DNA of 64,000 nucleotides, taken from Paragordius varius. Lineage: Eukaryota > Animalia > Nematomorpha. Positions within the stretch are counted from its first letter, which is position 1, and every line of letters starts with the position of its first letter. Below the pieces are notes generated by a model, which was given only the letters and a program-made list of their open reading frames with translations, did no database searches and was not told the origin of the DNA. A program made the position numbers and the translations under genes. Location of the stretch: positions 4,030,001-4,094,000 of the forward strand of contig OZ176054.1 of assembly GCA_964247055.1 (NCBI GenBank), written 5' to 3'. Shown piece after piece: positions 40,963 through 55,021 of the stretch.

Positions 40963-43900
40963 TTATATTTTGATGTATATATTCTTTCGATCAAGAAACC
41001 AACCAAATACAACCCACATAACAGTGGCATAGACATCATGCATAAATGGAATTAAATGACCATTTTTTGGGACAAAATTGGCTTGTTTGACCCACGCCTC
41101 AAAATTTAGGTGGAAAGGGAAATAATTTCTAAGTATTTCATGTCCGATATAGAGAATGATTGCGTTTTTACCTAATATAAAAATTTGCAATATTGGCATT
41201 AAGGTAATTTTAGGGTGAAATAGCCTTAGCCAGTGTATAAACTTTAAATATTTTGCGCAAAACCTTATTCGATCAGATATTGACACCAAAAAATTTAATT
41301 GCACTATTTGTTTGAGTTGATAAATTATGTAATAATCCCTTTACAATCAAAAAAAGGAATTAATTCCTAGATAAAATGATATATCATTTAAAATAACATA
41401 AAATATTTAAATAAAAACAATTTTTTCAATCGTTCGTAGCATTAAACCTGAATTCTTAATTTATTTTATATGAATATATTGAATGTTTGTGTTTTAATTG
41501 TATTCTATAAAAAGTAATTATTAAATAAATATAAGTAAACCTAAAAAATTGAAAGGAACTCCACCCCAAACATTGAGAACGTGAATACAAACATACAAAA
41601 TCAACATAACCAGACATGCCAATGATGATGTTACCAAAGTGAATGAAAGGGACCTAAATACAATAAAAAGTATTTAGCAACGTTTTTTTACCTAATCGAA
41701 TTCGCTTTTTATACAATTTTTTTATAGATATAATTATAATTAGGACCTTTTATATACGTAAATTAGTGTTACAAAAAATTAATAAAGTAATAACCTAGAT
41801 TCATATAAAACTTATTCAAATCAAAGGTTTAAAGAGAAAACGTGTTATATCTAACTATACCTAGTTAAAGTATATACGTTGTTTTTATAAATATAAAATA
41901 TTTTAGAAAAAACTGCACCACAAAATTAAAATATGAGAGAAAATCCCGTGTGTACACGCTGCGTTGAAACTAATTATTAAAAAATATACATATACGGCTC
42001 AAAAATAATAAAAGTGAAACTTAATATATGCGAATGTAGTAAAAAAAATGCGCCAGATCTATTTTTAACTAAATTAATAAAAGTAATAATTTTTCATAAT
42101 TCAATTAAATTCGAGAGAAAAAAAATGATTGCCAATTTTAAAATTGAGATAAACGCTTGTTTGGAATTTTGGTTATTCATTTATATCGCTGTTTCACATG
42201 ATCTTATGCCTACAACACCAAAAATAAACTCTCTTTGAGCTAACTTTCAATAATAAATTATGAAATTGAATCTTTATATAATATTTAAGTAATTTAAATA
42301 TTTACCATAAATTTTTGTTGATTGGAATCCATCCATTTTCAATGCTAAATTTACATAGAATCATTCCAATCAACCCCTAATTAGAAAATATTGTTAAATC
42401 ATTATAAAATTTTAGATGAAATATATTATTAAATATTCAAGATGGGTTAATTATATATAAAAATAATTTCACAAAAATAATTAAATTTAGAACAAGTAAA
42501 AAAAATTAAGAATAAACTTACGTATAGCAAAAAGGAAACCAAGAATTCTGAACAAATTCTAAATTGATTGTTTTCATAATAGTGCTTGAGAATTCGTTTA
42601 GCAATCTAAATACATATAAACGCCAAAAATATTGGTTGGCCAAAAAATAATTATGAAAGCAATAAAAACATTTAGATTGTTGCATATAAAACGAACAGTT
42701 ATATTTCTTCTGATATGACCAATATAAAAAAATTACTAAGGCTCCTAATAAAGCAGTTAAGGCAGCTCCAAAAGTCCCGAATATTCCTTCAGGATCGAAC
42801 GGTAAATCTGTTTTGTAAACCGACTAGAAAAAATTATTAAAAACGGCTAAGTTTAAACGAGGAGGAGTATGAAAAACATATTAGAAATTAGAGTAATAAA
42901 TTAAAATGATTTCTTTATAACACTGTGCATAACATTATTAACAAAAAATTTTTTTTTGATGAGATAGCTTATGATCAGCTAATTCATTTGCCGCATTTTA
43001 TTTATTGAGACCTGGCTTTTGAAATATTGAGACAAAAGATGAAAATTAAGGATAATTAAAAAAATAATGATAAAATTTGAGTATTATGGTTTATTATCAT
43101 TTTATCAGATATTCAAAATTTATATATAGCCTAAAATAATATAGTTAGGGTTTTGATAAAATTCAGATCAAAATCTCGTTTTTCTATTACCGTACTTAAA
43201 AGACAAAATTTTTTTTATAAAACTATATTAAAATAATTTTTTTAATTTTTTACTAAACTCACTTTTGAAATCTTAACAATATTTTATTCAGTAAAAAACT
43301 TGTATATCAAAATAAAACTAATAAATTTTTTTATTTTTTCATTTTTTTGTCACTGGTTTATGAGTGTATAAAAAATTTACTGTTTTATTTTGGAATCTTA
43401 CATTAGCGGGAATTATAAAGTATATAAATTAAAACAAAATAGGATTTACAGGTAGTGGAATATCAATCAAAAATCCGTACAAATAGCAGTATAAATATTA
43501 ATTTGCGTTTGAAACTGAATAAAATATGAAAGATTTCCATAGTGAGTTTAGCTAGTAAATAAATAATTAAAAAAATTATTTTAATACAGTTTCACAAAAA
43601 ATTTTTTATCTTTCAAGTATGTTAATAAAAAAAAGTTTGATAGTTGATAACATTTTATTTAATATAATTATTCAATTCATATGGATTTTTTTAATGAAAA
43701 GGCCAAACTACAAAATATATATAACCTGACAAGTTGGAGTTTGATACATATGTTTGGGGGTCAAAATTTTTCGGTCTACAAAACCGCTTATACCACCAAC
43801 ACAGTTCGTGTATGAAGAATTTACATGTAATCCTCCTGGTCCATTGTAACCTCTTAAGAATTTAAAATAAAAATACCTTATTCATTTTTAGGATATTTGG

Positions 43901-46900
43901 CACCCATATAATAAATATTTTTTCAATATTTTGATATTTTAAAAGGTATATTATCTATCATATGAATTTTAAGACTGATGACAAAAAAAGTATACCAATT
44001 AAATATTTGAAACTTAAGATAAAAGAAAAGATATTATATTTCAACTAAATTAAGTGACATGCCATACATGTCACTAAATAAATTAATCTATTTATTATTT
44101 AAAACATACATTGTTGAGAATAAAATAAACGTATTATCTTAATAATACCAAAACAACTTTTATTATAAGAAATATAATGTTAGATAATAAAAACCTTGGG
44201 CAACCAGGAGCCATAGCAAACAATTGATAAAATTGCATAGATACTATAATGATTGGCATTAATAGCTGAATAAATTTTTTAATTTTGGACGTCTATATAT
44301 AAAAAATCGTGATATTAAATATAAAAATTTTCTATAGAAGTTATGTTTATTTTAATATCATAAAAAAGATGATCATAATAGTAAATTATAAAAGAAAACA
44401 TATAAATCAAACAACTATTGAGTATCATGTTATAAATGATAAATACATAAAAACTAAACTATAATACCTTAAATTGCATGGGTGGATAAAACGTTAAAGC
44501 CAACATGAGATTGACCAATGCTAATCTTTGCAGCACTCCCATAATTCGGTACTTGGCAGGATTCAAAACTAATTTAGCCATAAATTGAACATATAGATAA
44601 TGGCAAATTAACAATATAAATTTTATTAATAAAATATAAAAATATATTTACCTTATATATTGTGCATAAAAAAGCTATATTTCAGAATAAAATGATGCAA
44701 TATCGGCAAAATAAATTATAAAATTATTAAACTTTCGTTATTATCTAACTTCTTCAGATCAACACAAAAATAAAATATAAAATAAAGATGTATATCTGAA
44801 TATAAAAAATTCCGTTATTGGGTTGACATGATTGATTTCTTTCTGTCTGTTTATTAATTCATATTCTTTATTTATATAGTACTTTCCTTTAATAGTCTTT
44901 TAGTAGCGTTCTACTCTTCATCTAATATTTCAACGTTATTCCAATCAATCTTGTGTCTGTACTTATGTGCATATATGCATATGCCGAAACATTTGCTTTG
45001 TTTATTCGTTGCTTTATGCTCTTTCATTCGAGTATACCTCTTTTAGTCTGACCAATATATACATCCTCGCACTCAGTACATTTGACTTTGTAAACAGCAA
45101 ATTTATCATCTTTTATTTTTCTAGTGTTTTTTAATAATTTATAAATTTAATAAGGTGCTGGTAATTTTTCTCCATACCTTATCACGAAAAAGTCAGTTAT
45201 AAAATCAGGGATATTGTAAAATCGAAGTTACATATTCTTTTTAAACTTATTAACAAAACATTATAATAAATTATTAAACAATACAAAAAGTACATGATGA
45301 TATTTTGCCGTTTACAATGTCAATTGTAGTGACTTCGATGATGTATATATTGGTCAGATTAAAAGAGGTATTAAAACTCGAATGAAAGAGCATAAAGCCA
45401 CAGAAAGAATAAACAAAGCAAATGTTTCGGCATTTGCATATCATGCACATAAGTACAGACACAAGATTGATTGGGATAACGTTGAAATATTAGATAAAGA
45501 GGAGAACGATACTAAAAGACTATTAAAGGAAGGCTACTATATAAATAATAAATTAATAAACAGACAGAAAGAAATCAATCATGTCAACCCAATAACGGAA
45601 TTTTTAAATCTTTATTTTTATAAGATATTTCATAATTTATTTATGTCTTTATTTAATATTTTATTTTTGTGTTGATCTGAATAAGCTAGATGATTATAAT
45701 GGTTATTAATATATTTATTATTAATTTTGCTGATATTTCACATATTATTTAAAACCTGCTAATTTAGCCTAATCCATTATAAAACCTATTTTATTACAAT
45801 ATTGATTCTAAGTAAGTATTAAAAAGTATGTTTGTCCCCTATGAACATACTTACTTTTCAGAGTTTTAGAAACATTTTGCGTGATTTAAGTACAAAATAA
45901 GGGCATATTCGATATTCGCCATGAATATGCTTTATTAGATTGGCTTCTAATCAATTATAACAATAAATTAATATTTTTATAAGTTAAGTTTTTATGTATT
46001 CTAATTAAAATTTTGAAAAACCGTTTCCGTTTGTAATAGAAAATCCAATGATGAATAATTTAAATGTTCGGTAAATAGTTTTTTTCCAAAATTTCAGATG
46101 CGACATTTTGGAAACAGTAAAAGTAGACATAAAGGGTAAATTAGTTTCCAATTGATTAACATTCTGAGAGACTGATCCTTCGGGTTTTTGAAATATCTTT
46201 CGATTTGCAACGACATAAGAAAATCCCATAGCAAATACGAAACTAATTTAGCAAAAAAATGTATTAAGCGGTATAAATAGATTGTTAATACTTGGATAAA
46301 ATCAAATTTGAAGGTTTTCACATATAAATTAAGAGCAATGTACTCCTTACAAAGGAAAGACAAGGTCTGCTATACTAAGACCATTCCAAGCCGTATGTTG
46401 AAAAAAGGTATATTGTCCTCCACCGTAATTGAAAAAGATCATTAATATCACAGCAAGCCTAATATATGTATATATATATATATATATATGTTTTAAATTA
46501 TATGAATTAATTTTTTGTGCTATTTATAAACAGGTAATAAAACTTTTTTCACGAAAATAAACCTGGAATATTTTTGTTGGCCATAAAATTTATATATTGG
46601 TATTTAACAACTAAAAAAGAATTACAAAATTATATAATGACTTTTGGAGCGCATATAAGTTAAAAATGGATTTATATTGTATTTCAAAAACATTTCCTAT
46701 CATTTAACATATCTTTTATTTAACATCATATCATAAATTATTTCATAATCTCCCTGATAATGACCCCGATTGTCGGAATAAATACACGTCTCATTTAACG
46801 TATAATGAATTTTTACAAAAATCTATATATAATTAACATCTTTTGATTAATATTTAATTTATAGTGTAATTTCATAAATTATGCAGTTAATATCGACAAA

Positions 46901-49900
46901 TATTTGGCAAAATATAAAAAGATTATTTTTTAATATTGGCCCATTCTGGGAATATATAATCTGACTATAAATTGAAAAGTGACTAATGATCAGCATAAGT
47001 TAACCAGTAGTGTATATGTGTTTGTTTTAAAAAGCTCATTATAGACGAGTCTACTATATACATACATTAAATCAATGTCCCATATTTCTCAATATTAAAC
47101 AATATAAAAAGTGAAAAACCCTCGAAATGTATCCAAAAACATCAGTCTCTGTTTGTTCATTTCCATCTTCAACTTGTTATCTTGTTCAGAAGCGGTTTTC
47201 TCTGTAATAACATGGGAATCAGTAGGCATTTGAGGCGATAAAGGAAGTAAAGCACCCATAGGTGATTGCTCAATAGGATCATAAATTTTATCGTTGCAAA
47301 TAATATCGGGATCCTCAAAATTAATTAGTTTAGGTTCTACTGCGTTAACTAAATAGGAATAGAAAAAAAAATAATTCATTAAAGTAAACCCCACCCTGCC
47401 TTCCCATAATCGACCGATTGTAGGAAAAATACATGGTTCTTTATCCGCATGACCCTCAAATAATATTTAATTACTAATAATAATCTACAGATCTTTGGAA
47501 AAAAAATTAATTAAAACCGTTATTTTTTGGCTCATTATAAGAATTTCATGATCCCACAAACCATAAAATTTGTAGGAAAGTACCAACATTTAACGAGTAT
47601 AAAATTAGGTCTGTATTTAAATCGGAAAGTCTATATTGGTCAACATTAGTTAAATTAGGCACTGTTTATTAAAGGCTCATCAAGAGGGGGACAACTCTAG
47701 TTTTAGGTTAAGAGTGATATAAATGATAAAAATTACTGCTGATAACATTAAAAACAATCACATAAGTCTAATTAAATATATATAATAAAAAGCCAGACAG
47801 AAATCCGAATAAAAAGAATATAAATAAGTTCACCCCAAAAATTATTATTATTATGATATTTCAAGTTATTTATATTTTAATCACTCTAATCTGCGTAAAA
47901 ATCTCCAAAATATAATTAGGTGTTTATAATAAATTTAATTTAATCTAATGACCATAAAAGGATAAATGATCACGCTTACCGCCTTTGGAAGGAGAAAAGG
48001 CGCAGAGAGATGATAATCAAATAAAAATTACTATATATATATTTAGTAGATTCAAACAATTTTTAGCAAAAAAACACATGTTACCATTGTATCATCAAAT
48101 AATATACCTATTTTTGATGAGCTCGGTTCTCCAATCAAAACTTCATTGTTGGACATCGTAACAGGTTGATTTACCTAATGGAAGGTTAATTAGTTAATTT
48201 AACTATACAGTACCCACTTTATTGTTGGCCAATCGGAACAGTAACGTGTGATATACCCCAATTTAATGTTGTAAAATAGGAAAAAATTGTATAATTCCTA
48301 CCTTTGTTGTTTTTAACCCATACGCTACTGTTTAGAGAATTGGGTAACAATAGATAAAAACAGCTTATTCAATAGCAGAAAAAGAATTTAAGAGTCAATG
48401 TAATTTGCATATATAATTGCTCAATCTAATATATCTATCTATCTAAACAATTAAAAGCTTGATATAATACCATAGCGCGAAATTATAGAATTTTAGATTA
48501 TAAGGCTATCACAATAACATCTCTTAAATATTGATGCTTATGTATAAATTGATATGTTAAGTTAAATGTATAACATAAAAGATGGCTTAACTACATCAAA
48601 TTCAATTAAAACCTTATAAGAAGGTTTTGAATTGCAAGACAGAGTTGTTTTTTTATTTATATTTAAAGCCATTCTATTTTACTTGTAAACTATTAGGAGT
48701 CACTATGAATTTATCGAAACAAAATAACTTATCAAAAAAACGCAAAGAAAAAAATGGGTCAAATAAAAAGGTTATAAGTTTGAACAATTATAAAAACGCT
48801 TTAAATTGGTGTTAATGTATTTTTTTCGTTCAATTAATTTAGTGCCATTTGCAAAACGCTTATAATAGCCCTCCCACCTCCCCGCGGCGTTGACTGGGGA
48901 ATGAAAATGAGTTAATGGCAAAGGCCAGTTTTTTAATGATCTGTAAAATCATTAGTTGTATACAAGGATATGTGTTACGTAAAAAATCGCCACAATAAGC
49001 CATGAAATGGGATGAATTACTTGGTGGCAAAAAAACTTCGAATCCGGAGTACTGATCTTTAATTACTTACCTACCCAATATCAAAGCATTTAGACAAATA
49101 TATGGTATATCTTTTTTTGAAACTCAACTGGTGCAATAAATGAAATAATCCAATATTGTATTAAAATGGCCATATAGATCAGTATGAGGAAATTGTATTA
49201 CAAAAATAATTGCTTCTTGGGGAGATAAAAAATTAATCGAATTTTTTCTAAGATAGACCAACGTATGTGCTTCAAAGACATAATTTTTTATATGGCATAT
49301 ATTACAAATCCATTCATTAAAAAGCCGATATTTAATAATCCATTTTTTTGCAATCAAACATTTTTAGACAACTTTGTTGAAGCGTGATTATACAGGGTCA
49401 GTGGCTTAATAGAGGGTCTGATTCAAAAAAGTGGCTTGACCTTATTCAGCGCGTTCGTAAATCCATTATTAAATTTGAATGGGCCTTCAGATAAATTCCT
49501 TCAACAATATTTGTTAAAATTATTTTTTTCAAAAATAGGGGCTAAACTGAAGAAATAATATTAAAATGTAACTTTGCCACGCTAGACGCACTTATATATC
49601 AATAAAAAATTGCACTTTTAAAATTAAACAGGCCTGCAAATTTCCCGGAAAATTGTAAAAGAATTAACAATCTTTTTTATAAATAAATATATATTCATGC
49701 ATATGTAAATATATGTCATAAATAATATCTTATAATTAAGTTAGACATTAAAGTAATAAAAAAAGGTACATGATTAAAGTTAAGGCCTGTATTGGATGTT
49801 CCAAAGATTATCCGATTATGTTTATACAAAAGTTTCATAACACTTCCAATCGCAATCATTAAGGACAAAAATATGATTGGGTAGAAAATAAAAACCGGCT

Positions 49901-50237
49901 TTGTTACAACGCTTATCATACAATTGAAAGTTTCAGTTACCTCTAAACTATAAACACCATGTTCCCCAAATCGATATGTTAAACTGAAAATATATAAATT
50001 TATAAACCTACAAAAGTGATTATATTTATCAATAATTCTTAATTCTGAGACACCGGGATCTAAGTGAATCGTCTTGTTTTGATTATTTAAAATATCCCCA
50101 AAACTTGATGCGGAACACTATTGTAAAATTAGAATTAACCTTAGAGCATACATCATATTTATTAAAAACTTCAATGGTAAAGTTTGACTTGTTTATAATA
50201 AGCAAGGCAGCTTTAAGTATATTATGACCATCCATGC
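40963..50237 (-). CDS. HGSNAT: Heparan-alpha-glucosaminide N-acetyltransferase, multi-exon; 5' end uncertain
   Basis: Exons read [117 protein letters not shown] and [23 protein letters not shown]. Contains 22-nt (50118-50139) and 24-nt (49984-50007) introns. Confidence 0.92.
42940..43630. mobile_element. Third, older member of the foldback family at 6852 and 24504
   Basis: ttcatttgccgc...aaaaaataatgataaa...tatcattttatcagatatt...ggtttatgagtgta aligns with 24690-25100. Boundaries approximate. Confidence 0.65.
44720..45710. mobile_element. Inverted pair of Penelope-like element 3' ends (GIY-YIG remnant plus pseudo-LTR) in an HGSNAT intron
   Basis: Plus strand 45300-45570 reads [25 protein letters not shown]...SAFAYHA...[14 protein letters not shown]...[10 protein letters not shown] near-identical copy lies on the minus strand at 44800-45120. 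Confidence 0.88.
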
Positions 50238-50889
50238 CTTATAAAATATGTCAGTTGTGTTTAATGCTCCAAAGTGATAATACTGATTATTTTATTAAAA
50301 TCTTATACATTTATAGATTTTGGTTAGATTTTTTCTTAGGCTTGATTTTGAAACAAATATATAAAAATTATTTTTGGCTAGATTATTATTTAAACATTAT
50401 TATATGAAAATAATATTTTTAACAGTTTTGAAACTTTCACATCATACAGTGTACGGAATCGGGGTCATGAAAAATATCTTGATGAAAATATTCTGAGAGT
50501 AAAATGTAGGATTAATATCATGCTTTGGGTTTTGGCCCATATGAGGGATAAAAGATTTATTAATACTTTTGTGGTAAAGGCTCCATAAAATGGAACTTTA
50601 GCACATTTTTGTAATATTTTTGATGAAAGCAAAATGCTTCATTGCAAAAATAACACTAAAATATATCATAACTGCTTATAAAAAGCAAAACATTATTTTA
50701 ATATTATTTTTTTAGATGTGGGCTCCGAAATCCCAAATTATTTTGTTTTTTCATAACGACTAGTTATCTTAATAAACCAAAAAATTCCGCAATTTTGCAA
50801 TATAATTATTAAATATATGCTAACTTTTGACAAAAAATATTAATGCATACTTTTAACTTTCATAATTCTCACATAGCAAATATTTGGGG

Positions 50890-52590
50890 GCTACAGATGG
50901 ATCGTTGACCGATGATATTAGTTTAAGAATAAAGAGGAGCTAGGTAAATTGGAAGAAAATTTCAAGCGTGTTATGCGATCGAAATATTGATGTTAGAGTG
51001 AAAGGTAAGATATACAGTTCAGTTGTCCAGCCCTTAATGATATATAATTGACAGACGTGGGGTGCCAAAAAATCCGAAGAAAGACATTTTAACGTGACTC
51101 AAATGAAAATGCTTAGAGTGATGTGTGATGTAACAAGAAAGGACAGAATTGAGAACACTGCTCAACAAGGTTTTGCACCACCCCATTATTTTTGCATTTT
51201 CTAATACCTAATGGCATGGAAAGACCAAAACAAAAAAGAAAATTGAGACCACCAATAGGATTTTCCCAAAATTTAATTTTTAAATTTGTATTTAATTCAA
51301 AAATAGCAATCATTCCTCGTGCACATATGTTGAAATATTCAAACGAGCAAGTGATACAAGTAATATTCCATGCATGGACAACAAATTCTAGACATTAAAT
51401 AAGATACTAAACAAGCTAAGAGCCAAAGTATTAAAAATCTAAAAGGGGCTTATGTATAGTGTGATAGATCCGGGCGGCTGCACAAGCTCTGCATATCCCC
51501 CAAGCGATCCTATAATTATGCCAGATGTGGCAAAGAACAATAAGTAATCGTAAAGTCCGATAAGAGAGACTTGCAAACAAAATCCAGGCAAATTGACATG
51601 TCAAATTAACCAATTTACAGAATAAAGTTAGATAAATTCTACAATTAAATTGAATATAAATTATATAAATGCAAATGGTCCAATCCCATAACAGTAAATT
51701 CTACTAAAAGTGGCTACCAACATCCATCTGATATTCAAAATACAAAACAACCAATAATTTTAAAAAAAATAAGGTATATCCACTAGGTATAAATAAAGGA
51801 TTTTTTATAAGAACCAACTCAAGAGAAAAAGTCTAATAAGTACTCAAAAGAACGAAAACTAACAAAAAAATATAGCCTATCTGAAAGCCGAAGGTTTAAA
51901 CCATAGAATGTCTTTTTTAGTATTTTTTTAAAAAAATTTATATGTGTTAAAAATTCACTTGAAAAAAAGAGTAAATTTTGACGTTTAAGTCCGTACTATT
52001 TTTTTCTCTCTGATATTTAAATGACATATTTATATTCAAAAGATAGAGTTTAAAACGCTTTATTAAATGATATTAAGTTTATAATATAATAACACTTTAT
52101 TATAAAGTTATATTTAATTTTCACTCGATTTTCTCTTGTTTTTGAAAAATTGAAAAACCTATAAAATTTAAAAATTCTGATTGGCGGGATCAAAAAATTT
52201 TTTAAATTCGGTTTTAAAACACTGAAATTAGTCATAATTTAAAAAGTTTGAGTGGTGGTGCTTAAAAATGTCCAAATTTGTTGACCAGTGGAATAGATTT
52301 ATTCCTGGGAGCACAGATATTAAACCAAAGTGGAAAGAATGTCAAAAAATAGGCTACGATGGTTGGGCACATTGAAAGGAGAGATTTTAATTATATTGCA
52401 AAAATAATAGATAATCATATAACTGAGGGAAAACGAGGACGTGGGCGGCCTAAAACGAAATGGATAGATACAGTAAAAAGAGAGCTAGCAGAATACGAGC
52501 TTAATACAGAGGACGACATAGATAGAGTTCTATGGCGAGAACATGACCGCTCCTACGAGTGAAAACATGTAATGTAATAATAATAATAAT
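50890..52590 (+). mobile_element. RTE LINE 3' remnant with (TAA)n tail, split by a CMC insertion
   Basis: KGKIYSSVVQP..TWG..QMKMLRVMCDVTRKDRIEN|RFI..GST..RLRWLGHIERR..EGKRGRGRPKTKWID; taataataataat at ~52577-52592. Confidence 0.85.
51156..52290. mobile_element. CMC (CACTA/Chapaev-like) non-autonomous element, 1135 bp
   Basis: TIR cactgctcaacaa / ttgttgaccagtg; 3-bp TSD gaa/gaa. Removing it restores the RTE reading frame. Confidence 0.85.
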
Positions 52591-53434
52591 AATGCTTTTA
52601 GAAATATTAAATTTTAGCTAAATTTTGTTGAAGCGTACTTCCTACTCTTTTTGGGCATGATGGAGGGTATAAAACGCTTTTGATATTGTAAAAAACATTC
52701 GAATAATTTTAGGAGGCTGAACATTTCATCTATTCAGAGTTTTAATTTAAAGTTTCAATTATTTTCTTTTTATAAAAACACAAGTAGATGGTTTATATTC
52801 TCTTAGTTTGGAAAAACATCTGTCGGAATCAGAAGAATGCAACAATAGTAGTGATTTATTGCACAGTAAATTTGGGCATTTTCGATAGAAAATTTTGGAT
52901 GATTAATAGTGCATAACATCAGTATTCTTACTTCATTTTTAAATGCAATAGAAAAGGAAGCGTTGGCATTTTCTATCGTCAAGGAATAATTCGGATCATT
53001 TGAAATATATACGGAAGGATATAAATGTCATTTGATATTATTTACACTTCGATTTAAATTAGAGTATCGCAGACAATGGGTGGGGTCATAAAAAGTCGCA
53101 TTTGACTTGTAAGCAAAGTGTGGCTAGTTGATAAAGATTACTTAAGCCAGCAAGTGTACACTTGAAGATCGGTGATTAAAAACACTTAAAATAAGTCTTT
53201 TGCTTATAAATGTAGCAGTTTTTTGCCACCCGATTCGAAATTTACAGAATTATTTTGATCATTTTCAACCAAAATTTATGAAATAAGGCACAAAAAGATA
53301 AACAATTAATACGATATGCATTTATTTACGTTTTTCAAACTCACTGGCAAGTATCTTATTTAATATTATAGAGTTTTCTAAATATTAAGCCTGGTAATTA
53401 TTTTTAGATTGAAGAAACCATTTGCCCTTAAAAC

Positions 53435-54877
53435 CATAGTGACCAGATAAGCTGTTTTTCGCAGTACTGTACTGGGTTTTCTGAAAAAAACTGCGCCTGT
53501 ACTGCGCCCACTTTTGTTTTGCTTTTTGAAATAAAAAAATTAATTTTTAAATATACATTATTTACCTTTTATTTATTCAAAAAAAATATTTTAGAATTTA
53601 ATATAGTACCCTCTGTAAAAATAACCTCATAATTGGTAAAGAAATGAATTTTGAGGTACAAAACTAATCTGCTCGAAATATACATAAAACATAGAATTAC
53701 GACCTTTCGCGCAGTGGCGAAACTATAAATCTCCGAGTCTACACCGTAAGATTCAGGCTAATGGTTCTTTCACTTAGGGCTTCGTTTAAAATTAAAAATC
53801 TAATTTATGATATTTTTATAAATGTTTGACAGTTAGAAAGTTTATTTTTTGTTACAATTATTAAACGGAAAATTATATAGAAAAATTTAAAATTTATTAT
53901 ATATGGCAGATGATTTCGAAATAACCTTTTTTCGTAAAAAATAGAGTTTTTACGATATCCATAATTAGGTTGTAGGTATGATATTTCTTAATTTTTTTCC
54001 TAAACATTAATTTTTATTTTTTTATACAGTTTAGAGTCTCTTTTTTCCTTTTTAGTTAAAGGGCAAGGACTTAAATTGTATCCGGACTTGTGAAGGCTTT
54101 AACACTCGCCTGCCCAGGGCTGACAGTGATGATGGAAAAATTGCTTAGTTTCGGGCTTCGAACTCTGTCATGCAGTGCAAGAGTCCGGCGCCCTACCTAC
54201 TATACCATCACGCCTCTGAACATTAATTTTTATTAGTTATCTTATTTTTTTGCATAAATAAAACTGAGATATTTTGTTGAAGCGTACTTCAAACTGTTTT
54301 GAAGCATGATGGAAACTGTATAACGCTTTGAGATATAATAAAATTCTTTTTCCAAATAATTCGATGATGTTGAACATTCATAGTTCAATGTTTGCTTGCA
54401 AGTTTTGGTGCATTTTTGTGAAAAAAACAATTTTTATTTAACATAATTTTGAAAACGAACAAATATTTCAATCAAAATCCGTGTGAGAAATTAGCATTAT
54501 CGAATTATATATATAAAATGTTATAACATCTCAACCGTTTATATCGTTTCCATCATGCTCAAAATAGTATGAAAGGGAATTTTACGTTTATTTTAAGAGA
54601 ACGGTTCATTTTAAAAGAGCCAAAAAAATTGGGACCTATAGAGCCACATCTAAAAATTTAAAATTTTTAAAACATTGTTTTGCTTTTTATATGGAGTTTA
54701 TGTTATATTTTAGTGATATTTTTTGAAATTATACATTTAGCATTCACCAAAAAATATATTTGAAAAATTGCGCCCCTTTTGCAATTTTATACGGAGCACT
54801 TACTGTAAATAACTTTTTTAATAACTCGTAAAGGTTCAAACCAAAAGCACCATGATAATCCTGATATTTTCCTATCA

Positions 54878-54919
<42 letters not shown>

Positions 54920-55021
54920 CATCAGGATATTTGTAACTGTGGAATATTCCACACCGATGGAATAAGGAAAGTATGTTTTAATTTTGTACTGCGTTCAAGT
55001 TAAAAATATCTGGTCACATTA
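53435..55021. mobile_element. hAT-type non-autonomous element, 1587 bp
   Basis: Perfect 8-bp TSD cttaaaac; TIR catagtgaccagata / tatctggtcacatta. Confidence 0.85.
54040..54215 (-). mobile_element. tRNA-derived SINE
   Basis: Minus strand ggcgtgaTGGTATAGTAGGtagggcgccgg...AGTTCGAAGCC gives A-box and B-box-like motifs, no closing acceptor stem and an A-rich end. Second copy at 57690-57838. Confidence 0.7.

Noticed and set aside
45382-45675. Standalone GIY-YIG/homing endonuclease gene
   Set aside because: N-terminally broken, paired with an inverted decayed copy, and matching the Penelope-type C-terminal domain.
46750-46795. cctgataatgaccccgattgtcggaataaatacacgtc, loosely PLE/hammerhead-like
   Set aside because: The core does not match CUGANGA...GAAA and stem pairing is unconvincing.
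47390-47460. Extra HGSNAT exon with a 41-nt intron
   Set aside because: No homology support; direct phase-1 splicing from ~48105 to 47348 gives a simpler model. Unresolved without cDNA.
54130-54215. Possible tRNA gene
   Set aside because: A- and B-box-like motifs are present, but there is no acceptor-stem closure or clean anticodon arm, and a diverged second copy with a shared body exists, so it is a SINE.
54860-54930. CUGAUGA on the minus strand followed by a (TA)n hairpin, a possible second hammerhead
   Set aside because: No GAAA after the stem and no stem I/III; it is a microsatellite inside a short inverted repeat.
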